Shown here: positions 13,490-21,920 of the stretch, in pieces
How positions within the stretch are numbered: the first letter of the stretch is position 1
Layout of the letters: the number at the start of each line of letters is the position of its first letter
Source: an uncultured delta proteobacterium
GTDB taxonomy: Bacteria > Desulfobacterota > Binatia > Binatales > Binataceae
Direction: 5' to 3'
Length of the DNA stretch: 64,000 nucleotides
Assembly: GCA_963765675.1 (NCBI GenBank)
Contig: CAVXXK010000006.1
Location: 384,001-448,000, forward strand
Notes under the pieces: generated by a model
Database searches by the model: none
What the model was told of the DNA's origin: nothing
Seen by the model: only the letters and a program-made list of their open reading frames with translations
Program-made: the position numbers and the translations under genes

Positions 13490-14560
13490 TCAGTCGAGTG
13501 TCTCTCTGAGGAGTGTGAGAAATCGCGCGGTATCCAGAAAATAGCTGGGGTATGCTTGGCGCAAGCCCGCTAAAGATGGGACGGAGACCAATACAACATC
13601 GATTCCCGGTTTACTGGCAATTTCTTTTTCAACTCTCACATATTCGTTGCTGGCTGCTTCCGCCTCGGTCGCTTTGAAGGGAGTCACCTTAAGGGTGCGC
13701 TCATTGACATCCAACTGAAGCAGAAAGTAACGGGCACTCAAGGCTTCTTTAGTTCCGACGCTTTCGAGCGCAACGTTATAGACCTGAAGGCGAGCCTCAA
13801 CTTGCAACTCATCGGCGACACGGCGCACCTGTTTCATTAGATCTTTAGCCTCCTGTGGCGTATTCCGCACGAGAGAAGTGCTTTCTCTCAATGCCAGCGC
13901 GGAACCCATGAGCGCAAAAAACCGCAACCATGCTTCTTGGCCTAGACTGGATTTGAGTGCCTGACTCAGAAACGTTCCAACTGTTTCAACAGCCATTGCC
14001 CAGATATGCTGAATTTCGGTTCGGATCTGCATTTCGATGTGAAGCGAGTCATAGGGGCACGGATGCCTGCCCCGATATCGATAGATGAGGTGAATCGCCC
14101 GGTATCCCGACGTTCTGGGGCGCTCGATGTAGTCGGTCTTTCGGCGCAAAGTGTGCCGCAGTGAACTGCGCTCGTACATTTCGACCAGCTGGCGCGCCGC
14201 CTTCACTGAGTGAACGACAGCGCGACATCCTCCAATGTCCTGCATTTGCGAGAGCGCCATATTGTGATGCAGGCGAAGCTTCAACCTGATCGCAGAGAAA
14301 CGTTTGAGTCGTTGCGATACAAACCCATGCTCATCGACCCCAGCTATCTTGTTCTTGAGAGTGCTTTGAAAGACCCACAGTGGATATCCGTGTGCAGAAC
14401 GCCAATTGTTCAGAACTACATACGCGTGCTCCCAAGCTTCCCAGTTTTCCCAGTCGGCGCCCGTCCATGAATTGTCTGTTGGTATTGGAGGCGGGTCGAT
14501 GATGATCGCAGCAGCACGATCTACTTCGTTCTTCGACCATTTTGGCGTTGCCCAAGGCAT
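13490..14560 (-). CDS. RelA/SpoT-domain protein (small alarmone synthetase-like) with C-terminal extension
   Basis: SYNTH motifs RLKR..AI..KL, MQDIGGCRAV, DYIERPRTSGYRAIHL, EMQIRTEIQHIWA; visibly AT-richer than flanking genes. Confidence 0.85.
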   Translation of the reverse strand: MPWATPKWSKNEVDRAAAIIIDPPPIPTDNSWTGADWENWEAWEHAYVVLNNWRSAHGYPLWVFQSTLKNKIAGVDEHGFVSQRLKRFSAIRLKLRLHHNMALSQMQDIGGCRAVVHSVKAARQLVEMYERSSLRHTLRRKTDYIERPRTSGYRAIHLIYRYRGRHPCPYDSLHIEMQIRTEIQHIWAMAVETVGTFLSQALKSSLGQEAWLRFFALMGSALALRESTSLVRNTPQEAKDLMKQVRRVADELQVEARLQVYNVALESVGTKEALSARYFLLQLDVNERTLKVTPFKATEAEAASNEYVRVEKEIASKPGIDVVLVSVPSLAGLRQAYPSYFLDTARFLTLLRETLD

Positions 14561-14630
14561 TTGGCGAACCAACTTTTCATCAAGGTGCTCGCCATTTAAG
14601 CACCGAAGACGAACGATTCTGTTACATTCT

Positions 14631-14658
14631 AGTTTACATAATATCTGTTATGCGAAGC
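14631..14658 (-). other. dif site (XerC/XerD recombination site)
   Basis: Minus strand GCTTCGCATAA-CAGATA-TTATGTAAACT: 11-6-11 layout matching E. coli dif GGTGCGCATAA-TGTATA-TTATGTTAAAT; intergenic. Confidence 0.85.
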
Positions 14659-14686
14659 TGGCATCGGCTCCGAAGCCGCCTTCGAG

Positions 14687-14905
14687 TCACGCCGTCCGAT
14701 TGCGCCATGCTGTCTGCGCGTCGATCGCGCGCTGCACCGCTGGCAGCTGCTTTAGCGAGCGGTCAATCGACCGTAGGAGATCGATCTGCTCGTCCATCCT
14801 GAAGTACGAGAACATCGACCACACCGCCCCGACCAGCGCCGCGACGCAAATCAGGCCCGCGCACAGGACCGGGTAAAAGAGCGCGCCGAATACCAAGGAA
14901 TCCAT
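14687..14905 (-). CDS. Small single-pass membrane protein
   Basis: 72-aa ORF with hydrophobic N-terminal half, coiled-coil-like tail and a G-rich RBS-like sequence. Confidence 0.5.
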   Translation of the reverse strand: MDSLVFGALFYPVLCAGLICVAALVGAVWSMFSYFRMDEQIDLLRSIDRSLKQLPAVQRAIDAQTAWRNRTA

Positions 14906-15054
14906 CGCTCAACCCCCTATGTATGCGAAGTAATATTATCGGTAAGGTCCATGCAAATCGTTAGCGCGGACGCCTCATTCTTGAGGCGTTGGCAGACGGA
15001 ACCCCGCCACCCTGCCAAACGAAAAGGCTATGAGTTTCAGCAAGGAGATGTTCG

Positions 15055-16383
15055 ATGATGTCCTCGGAGACTTTCAGGCCGCTCGCTTCGTCCGCGCCGC
15101 TTATCGTCTATATCGACTACAAGAGTCCCTACGCGTACCTCGCGATAGAACCGACTCAGACTCTCGAAGACGAACTCGGCATCGAGGCTGATTGGCGGCC
15201 GTTCACGCTCGACATCCCGAGCTATCTCGGCTCGGCTCGGCTCAATCAGGAAGGCAAGGTGGTTGACGCCGAGCGAACGCCCGGCCAGTGGACCAAGGTC
15301 AAGTACGCCTATCACGACGTGAGACGCTACGGATCTCTGCGCGGCATTATCGTGCGGGGAACCGTCAAGATCTGGGATTCCTCGCTGGCCGGGATCGGTA
15401 TGCTGTGGGCCAGGGAGCAGGATCGAGCGGTGCTCCGCGCCTACTCGGGCATTGTGTACGAGCGTTTTTGGAAGCGCGAGCTCAACCTTGAAGACGCCGG
15501 GGTCATCGCGCGCGTACTCGAAGAGGCCGGCGCGCGGACCGTTGGTTTCCAGGATTATGCGTCCGGCGAGGGCCGTGTACTCCACGACAGCATCCAGCGT
15601 AAAGCCTTCGATGCGGGAATTTTCGGAGTACCGACATATGTGATTAACGGTGAAGTATTTTTCGGGCGCGAGCATCTGCCGCGAATCCGATGGATACTCA
15701 CTGGCCGCTCTGGCGCACCTCCGGATGTGTCTTACGGGATCTCGGGCGAGCGTGCGCCGTCGGGCGAAATCATCAAAGGCCAGCTTCCGGTCGTGATCGA
15801 TTTCAAAAGCCCTCAGGCGTATCTCGCGATCGGACCGACCTGCGCTTTGGCGGATGAGCTCGGGATCACGATCGATTGGCGTCCGCTGCTCATTGCTCCG
15901 TCAAAGATATCCGCAGCAGATTCCGGACAGGACCGCGGCGCGCGCCATCGCCGGTTTCGCGCCGATTACCTCGAACGCGATATTACCCGCTACGCCGCGG
16001 ATCGTGGTCTCTCCATCGGGGGACGGCTCGATCGCAGCAAGGATTCAACCCTCGCCGCGATTGGCCTGTTATGGGCCAAACGCCAAGGCCCGTCGCTCGC
16101 GCGGTCATACGTCGAGCGAGTGTTCAAACGGTATTGGCAAGAGGATCTAGACATCGAAGACGAAAGCTCAATACGAACTTTGCTCACTGAGATTCACGCG
16201 CCCGTTTCGGGGTTTGAAGCATTCGCGAGAGAGGAAGGCCGCACCGAGCTTGCGCGAATTCAGTCCGAGCTTCGAGACATTGGAGTGTTCGAGGTGCCGA
16301 CCTACTTGGTGGACGGCGATCCATTCCTTGGGCGCCAACATCTGCCGTTGGTTCGCTCGCGCCTTCTCCGGGCCGCTCCATAA
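15055..16383 (+). CDS. Tandem 2-hydroxychromene-2-carboxylate isomerase / kappa-GST (DsbA-like) two-domain protein
   Basis: Two repeats: DYKSPYAYLA...GIFGVPTY..GEVFFGREHL and DFKSPQAYLA...GVFEVPTY..GDPFLGRQHL. Confidence 0.8.
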   Translation: MMSSETFRPLASSAPLIVYIDYKSPYAYLAIEPTQTLEDELGIEADWRPFTLDIPSYLGSARLNQEGKVVDAERTPGQWTKVKYAYHDVRRYGSLRGIIVRGTVKIWDSSLAGIGMLWAREQDRAVLRAYSGIVYERFWKRELNLEDAGVIARVLEEAGARTVGFQDYASGEGRVLHDSIQRKAFDAGIFGVPTYVINGEVFFGREHLPRIRWILTGRSGAPPDVSYGISGERAPSGEIIKGQLPVVIDFKSPQAYLAIGPTCALADELGITIDWRPLLIAPSKISAADSGQDRGARHRRFRADYLERDITRYAADRGLSIGGRLDRSKDSTLAAIGLLWAKRQGPSLARSYVERVFKRYWQEDLDIEDESSIRTLLTEIHAPVSGFEAFAREEGRTELARIQSELRDIGVFEVPTYLVDGDPFLGRQHLPLVRSRLLRAAP

Positions 16384-16520
16384 GGCCGATTTCAAGGGTT
16401 TCAGTGGGTTCGTTTTCAGAACGAAGCCATTCCGAGGCTTGGCAGCCTTCCGCGAACGTCGCACGGAATGCGCGCGACGGTCTGGAAGAAGGTGGAGCAG
16501 GTCCGTATCATGGGATGCTT

Positions 16521-17468
16521 ATGAATCATCGGAGAACTTCGTCGGTTATGCGAATTGCGTGGTTGGTTGGTCTGGTCGCTATTGCGAGTGGCGCGATGCT
16601 CACGGCTCCGTGCGCGGAGGCTGCCTCGCCGGCGGCGGCGACCGAAGCGGTCCCGAGCGATGCGGCGCGCGATCAGGCGGTCAAGGTCTTCCTGCAGAAG
16701 AAGTTTCGCATCCCCTCAGTCGAGGAGATCAAGCTCGGCCCGCTCGAGCGCACCGGTATCAAGGACCTCTACGGACGCACCGTCACGGTCACCAACGAAA
16801 AGGGACAGACGGCCAGCGTCGTGATGTTCACGAATCCGGACGAGACCAAGGCGATAATCGGCCAGTTCATGGATCTGGAATCCGATCCGTGGGGACGCGC
16901 CGATCTGCGCATGATCCATCTGGAAGACCGCCCTACCCTGGGGCCTGCCGACGCTCCGGTGACGATCGTCGAGTTCGCCGATTTCGAGTGTCCGTTCTGC
17001 GCGCACGCGTTCGGAGAGATCGAGACGCTGGCCAACACCACTTACAAAGGCAAGATCAAGATCATCTTCAAGAACTACCCGCTGAACGTGCATCCGTGGG
17101 CCAAGACCGCCGCGATCGGCGCCGAATGCGCACGGCTGCAGAACCCCGACGCGTTCTGGGATTTCGCGCGTTACTATTACGCGAACCAGGGCCAGATCAC
17201 GCCGAAGAATATCCAGCAGAAGATAGACGATGAAGCCGCCAAGCTCTCGCTCGACGACACCGTGCTCAAGGCGTGCATGGCGGGTACCCAAGCGGCGCAG
17301 CGTATCGCGCAGGACCAGACCGACGCCAACGCGGTGAAGGTCTCGTCCACGCCGACCTTCTTTATCAACGGAATTCCGATCGTCGGACTGCCCGAGGGCA
17401 AGACCTTCAATTTCGTTATCGAATCGGAACTCGCGGGCAGCGCGCAGAAGGCCGCCTCTGCGAAATAA
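16521..17468 (+). CDS. Exported DsbA-family thioredoxin-fold protein
   Basis: Signal peptide; GPADAPVTIVEFADFECPFC and STPTFFING. Start codon uncertain (16521 or 16548). Confidence 0.88.
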   Translation: MNHRRTSSVMRIAWLVGLVAIASGAMLTAPCAEAASPAAATEAVPSDAARDQAVKVFLQKKFRIPSVEEIKLGPLERTGIKDLYGRTVTVTNEKGQTASVVMFTNPDETKAIIGQFMDLESDPWGRADLRMIHLEDRPTLGPADAPVTIVEFADFECPFCAHAFGEIETLANTTYKGKIKIIFKNYPLNVHPWAKTAAIGAECARLQNPDAFWDFARYYYANQGQITPKNIQQKIDDEAAKLSLDDTVLKACMAGTQAAQRIAQDQTDANAVKVSSTPTFFINGIPIVGLPEGKTFNFVIESELAGSAQKAASAK

Positions 17469-17474
17469 CGCCCT

Positions 17475-18278
17475 TCAGTGTGGCGCGGCTGCGGGAGCCG
17501 CGGCTGGCGTCGTGGCAGCTCCCGGCGCTGCGCCGGACGGCGGCATCATGACGGGCATCGCGCCATTGCCAGCGCTCGCATTCGGCGCTTGAGCGGATTG
17601 CGGTTGTGCCGCAGCTCCGAGCATCGCGAGCGACTCGAGCACTTCCCCGCGCTGCTGAGCGTAGGGCCGAAGGGCCAGGAAGGCGCGATAGGTCTGAATC
17701 GCGCCAGCCTTGTTGCCCTGCTCGGCCTGCAGCCGCGCGACGGCGAGGTCTGCGCTAATCTGCTGGGGTCCGGGGACACCGGCGGCTTGCTGGTAGGCGC
17801 CTTGCGCCTTGGCGAGATCGCCCATCTTTTCGTACACGACGCCGAGGTCCATCAGCGCGAGGCTGGAAAATTCGGGATCATGATAATCGGCGACGAACGC
17901 GATCAGCGCGTCGCGTGCCTTCAGAAAATCGCCTTCGCCCGCATAGCTCTGCGCCAGGTACAGCCGCGCGAGTTTGCCGATACGCCGGTCTGGCTCCGCG
18001 GCCGCAAGCTTGGCGAACTGCTCCTCTGCGGTCTTGTACTGCTTGGCAGTAAGAGCGGTGAGCGCACCGTAGAAGGCTTCCCCGGCGATGCGATCGCGGC
18101 GGCGTTCGTAAGAATAGGTTCCGATCGCAATTCCCGCCGCGACCACGATGATCACGGCCGAAATAATCACCTGCCGCAGGTTGGCGAGCAGAAACTCCTG
18201 CGCGCTTTCAAAGATATTCTGGAATTCGCTCGGAGCTTTGAGCTCCTTGCGATTGATCTTGCGGTGGGTTGACGGCAT
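17475..18278 (-). CDS. YfgM-like membrane-anchored TPR protein
   Basis: RKELKAPSEF N-terminus, one transmembrane helix, TPR helices. Confidence 0.75.
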   Translation of the reverse strand: MPSTHRKINRKELKAPSEFQNIFESAQEFLLANLRQVIISAVIIVVAAGIAIGTYSYERRRDRIAGEAFYGALTALTAKQYKTAEEQFAKLAAAEPDRRIGKLARLYLAQSYAGEGDFLKARDALIAFVADYHDPEFSSLALMDLGVVYEKMGDLAKAQGAYQQAAGVPGPQQISADLAVARLQAEQGNKAGAIQTYRAFLALRPYAQQRGEVLESLAMLGAAAQPQSAQAPNASAGNGAMPVMMPPSGAAPGAATTPAAAPAAAPH

Positions 18279-18363
18279 CTGGGCGGGTTACTCGTCGGCA
18301 TCGCCCGCTGCGTACGGGGGAGGCTCGTGTGGCGCGCGGCGGCGGGCCGCAGGCGCATCACGG

Positions 18364-18903
18364 TCACATCTTATACTTGAAGTCGTCGGGCGACATCCGC
18401 TCGAGGATTTCCGACCATTTGTCGCGCGAGACTCCTGCCAGGTTCTGGTCTGCACCTGAGGACGACGTCTGGCTCTCGGTCTCGCGCAGCTCGCTAGAGT
18501 CCTCGAGCACTTTCTTGGCGACATAGATCGGCGACTTGGTGCGCAGCGCGATCGCGATCGCGTCGGAGGGGCGCGAGTCGATTTCGAGCGCCCTGCCCTC
18601 GCGCGTCTTCAGTTGCAGGCGCGCGAAGTAGGTGGTTTCGCGAAGCTCGGTGATCTCGGCGGACTCGACCGTGGCGCCGAATTCGGCCAGAAGGTTGCGC
18701 ACCAGGTCGTGAGTCTGCGGCCGCGGCGGACGGATTCCCTCCTGCTCGACCGCGATCGCATTGGCCTCGAGCGGTGCGATCCAGATGGGCAGATTCATCC
18801 GGTTGTCCGGATCCTTGAGCATCACGATCGGAACCTTGGTGGTCGGATCGAGGATAATCCCGCCAACTACCATCAGGATGAAATCTTCTCTACGTGCGGC
18901 CAT
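18364..18903 (-). CDS. Bifunctional nuclease family protein (DUF151)
   Basis: LPIWIAPLEANAI, RPQTHDL, IDSRPSDAIAIALR. Confidence 0.9.
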   Translation of the reverse strand: MAARREDFILMVVGGIILDPTTKVPIVMLKDPDNRMNLPIWIAPLEANAIAVEQEGIRPPRPQTHDLVRNLLAEFGATVESAEITELRETTYFARLQLKTREGRALEIDSRPSDAIAIALRTKSPIYVAKKVLEDSSELRETESQTSSSGADQNLAGVSRDKWSEILERMSPDDFKYKM

Positions 18904-19044
18904 TGATGGGCTCTCTGGAAAATACGCTTGCGCCGCGAGGCGGCGCCCCGATGGCGGCGCTTCGCGATACCATGAAGTCATCTTGGCCCAAAGCTGAACG
19001 ACGGTCAACCAAAGGGCGGAAAATGCCCCGCGCGACGCGGCGGC

Positions 19045-20457
19045 TCAGCGAACCACGAGACGATCGACGACCCGGTAGAGCTGGTTGAGATTGCGGCACT
19101 CTTCGACCATGTCGCAGTGGAGCTGGTATTTGTCCATCTCGCTGTCGCCGAAGCCCCAGGTATTGCGGCTTTCGGGGTTGAGCCAGATGACGCGCTTGGC
19201 CCGCTGATGGATTTCGCGCAGGCACCAGTCGTGCGGCAAATTATAATTGTTACGCGCGTCGCCGAGCACGATCACGGTGGTCCGCTTGTTTATCGCGCCG
19301 ATATGATCGGAGACGAAACTGCGGAACGCGTAGCCGAAGTTCGAGTGCGCGTACACGTTTATAATATCGCCCTTGAGCGCCACGTCCAAGGCATCTTTGA
19401 TATCGCCGGTGCGGAAGTGCTCGGTCACTTCGCCGATTTCGCTGACGAAGATAAAGCTGCGCACGCGCGAGTAGAGATCCTGCAGCGAGTACACGAACTG
19501 GAGCATGAAGCGCGAGGCGTTGCGCACCGAATCTGAAACGTCGCACAGGATAACGACCTGCGGTTTTTCTTTTTTGCGCTCTTCGAAGCGGAGCTTGAAC
19601 GGGACGCCGCCGCAATCCATGTTCTTGCGCAGAGTCTTCTTGATATCGAAGCGGCCTTTCTTCGCGTGCTTGCGCCGCACCGAGATCACGTTCTTCAGGC
19701 GCAGCGCAAGCTTCTGCACCGCCTCCTGCATCTTCTTGAGCTCGTCTTCGCTGAGATAGTAGAAGCTCTTCTCGGCGATCTGGTTCATCTTCTGGTCTTC
19801 GCGCTGGCGGATGTCGCGTTTTTCGCGCTCCATGCGCACATAGCGTCGGATAATATCCTCGAGCGCCTTGAGCCGGCGTTCGAGATACTCTTCCATCCGC
19901 GCCTTCATCTCGGTGCCGAGGTCCATCTTTTCGAGTTGCTCGCGCAACTCCTTGATCTCGGCCTCGATCTTGTCGAGTCCCAGCTCGCGGGCCAGAGCGC
20001 GGGCGAAGTAGTTCTCTTCGATCGTGCGCTCGATTCCCTTAAGCCGCGCGGCGCGTGCCGCCTCGCGCAGCTTCTTTTCCATCGCGCCGGAGTTGTTCTG
20101 CAGAAGCTGCTTGGCAAGCTCGGAGAGGTTCTTGCCTTCCTTTTTGAGCATTTCTTCGATCTGGTCGAGGAATTTCTGGAATTCCTGATCCGACATCGAG
20201 AGCGCGTCCTGCACGGCCTTGCTGGCCTGCTTGATAATCTCGCCCAGGCCGGAGAAATAGACGTCGAACAGCTCCTCGAAGACCGGCAACTCGCTCGAGC
20301 GTTTGATCATCGTGGCGCGCAGCGCTGCGCGGAACGAGTCGCGTTCGGATAGCCCCGTGATTTCCGAGGCGCTGAAGGCGTCGAGGGTTTCGGCGAGCGA
20401 AACGCGTACGCCATTTTCGCGCAGCAGCTTCGCGAATTCGACCAGTTTTTCCTGCAT
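19045..20457 (-). CDS. CoxE-like VWA domain protein
   Basis: LRENGVRVS N-terminus, MIDAS motif CDVSDSV, VLGDARNNY, WLNPE, ECRNLNQL. Confidence 0.88.
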   Translation of the reverse strand: MQEKLVEFAKLLRENGVRVSLAETLDAFSASEITGLSERDSFRAALRATMIKRSSELPVFEELFDVYFSGLGEIIKQASKAVQDALSMSDQEFQKFLDQIEEMLKKEGKNLSELAKQLLQNNSGAMEKKLREAARAARLKGIERTIEENYFARALARELGLDKIEAEIKELREQLEKMDLGTEMKARMEEYLERRLKALEDIIRRYVRMEREKRDIRQREDQKMNQIAEKSFYYLSEDELKKMQEAVQKLALRLKNVISVRRKHAKKGRFDIKKTLRKNMDCGGVPFKLRFEERKKEKPQVVILCDVSDSVRNASRFMLQFVYSLQDLYSRVRSFIFVSEIGEVTEHFRTGDIKDALDVALKGDIINVYAHSNFGYAFRSFVSDHIGAINKRTTVIVLGDARNNYNLPHDWCLREIHQRAKRVIWLNPESRNTWGFGDSEMDKYQLHCDMVEECRNLNQLYRVVDRLVVR

Positions 20458-20515
20458 CTGTACCTCGGCGTTGCCTCAGGTGGCGGCGCAACGAGCGTTT
20501 CGCGCGATAGCGGCA

Positions 20516-20592
20516 ACGGGCGCGTCCCGACGCGCCCCTACGAAGAACGACACGAACCTCGTATTCGTAGGGGCGGCTCGGGAGCCGCCCGT
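20516..20592. repeat. GTAG-type REP doublet (REPIN-like)
   Basis: Two inverted 29-bp units TTCGTAGGGGCG-stem-GGGA-stem-CCCGT separated by 19 bp. Confidence 0.8.
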
Positions 20593-20622
20593 CTCAGTTC
20601 GGAGTGCGCGCTTGGGCAAGAT

Positions 20623-21588
20623 TCAATTTAGCAGATCCTTGTCGCTGCTGCCCGTGGTCTCGGTGCCACGGCGAGCGCGCACCCGGCGCACGTAATCCTT
20701 GAGCTCTTCCTGTGCTTTGCGGACGTCGCCTTCGTATTTCACGATCGTGTCGAGCGTTTCGTTGACCAGCTCCTGATCCAGGCTCTCGACGTTCAGCAAC
20801 GTCAGCGCCTTGACCCAATCGAGCGTCTCGGAAATTCCGGGCGTCTTCTTGAGATCGAGTTTGCGCAGCGACTGGACCACCGTGACGACTTCGTCGGAGA
20901 GCTTCTTGGCGGCGTCGGGCACCTTAAGCTTGACGATTTCGAGCTCCTGCTCGCGGCTGGGGAAATCGATATACAGATGCAGGCATCGGCGCTTGAGCGC
21001 GTCGGACATCTCGCGCGCGTTGTTCGAGGTCAGGATCACCAGCGGAATATGCTTGGCCTTGAGCGTTCCGAGCTCCGGCACCGAAATCTGGAAGTCGGAG
21101 AGCAGTTCGAGCAGGAACGCCTCGAACTCTGAGTCGGACTTGTCGATTTCGTCGATCAGCAGCACGCACTGCTTCTCGGAACTGATCGCCTTAAGCAGAG
21201 GGCGCGGCAGCACGAAGCGCTCGGAGAAGAACACCTCGTCCTCCTTCGCGATCCGGTCCACAGCTTCCTTAAGCCCCTTGGCGCCCGTCAGCACTTCGCT
21301 GATCTTGTCCTTCAGGATCTGGGTGTAGAGAAGCTGCTTGGCGTATTCCCATTCGTACAGCGCCTTGCCCTCATCCAACCCCTCGTAGCATTGGAGGCGG
21401 ATCAGCTCGAGGTCGAGCGCGGTTGCGAGCACCTTGGCGAGATCAGTCTTGCCAACGCCAGCAGGTCCCTCGACCAGTACCGGCTTCTTAAGCGAGGTCG
21501 CCAGATAGATCACGGTGGCGATGCGGCGGCTCGCGATGTAGTTATTCTTCGCGAATCGCGCGATAACGTCTTCGATCGATGAAAACAT
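20623..21588 (-). CDS. MoxR/CoxD-like AAA+ ATPase
   Basis: EGPAGVGKT, RLQCYEGLD, LLIDEIDK, LKRRCL; upstream of the VWA gene. Confidence 0.92.
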   Translation of the reverse strand: MFSSIEDVIARFAKNNYIASRRIATVIYLATSLKKPVLVEGPAGVGKTDLAKVLATALDLELIRLQCYEGLDEGKALYEWEYAKQLLYTQILKDKISEVLTGAKGLKEAVDRIAKEDEVFFSERFVLPRPLLKAISSEKQCVLLIDEIDKSDSEFEAFLLELLSDFQISVPELGTLKAKHIPLVILTSNNAREMSDALKRRCLHLYIDFPSREQELEIVKLKVPDAAKKLSDEVVTVVQSLRKLDLKKTPGISETLDWVKALTLLNVESLDQELVNETLDTIVKYEGDVRKAQEELKDYVRRVRARRGTETTGSSDKDLLN

Positions 21589-21703
21589 CCAACCTCCAAG
21601 GCGGTCGCGGCAAGCGCCCACGCTTCCGCTCGCAGATGAAATCCAATATCACGGCAAGTCCCATCGAGGAAACCCGGTCTTTTCCTCCTATTCGTTCTTT
21701 GTT

Positions 21704-21822
21704 TGTCATCCTGAACGGAGGTTGCCGCAGAGAAGGATCTCGCGAAGCGATTAGTGCGGAGAGCCTCGATTCTTTGCACTAATCGCTTCGCGGAGATCCT
21801 TCGCCTACGGCTCAGGATGACA
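21704..21822. repeat. GTCATCCTGA-type palindromic element forming a ~120-nt hairpin
   Basis: TGTCATCCTGA...TCAGGATGACA ends plus a 26-bp inner stem GAAGGATCTCGCGAAGCGATTAGTGC / GCACTAATCGCTTCGCGGAGATCCTTC. Confidence 0.85.
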
Positions 21823-21875
21823 CCGCCGGAGTTTCTGCAAAAGAATCGTGCAGTTTCTTTCGCACTTCGCGCTGT

Positions 21876-21913
21876 CGGGATTCCTCGCGCGGCAGCCACG
21901 CGCGGGAATGACA
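21876..21913. repeat. Solo copy of the GIY-YIG-flanking repeat
   Basis: 38 bp identical to 35937-35974. Confidence 0.92.
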
Positions 21914-21920
21914 GAAAGGC

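Noticed and set aside
19045-21588. coxD/coxE-like pair as evidence of a CO dehydrogenase cluster
   Set aside because: No coxLMS genes nearby; MoxR-VWA chaperone pairs are widespread.
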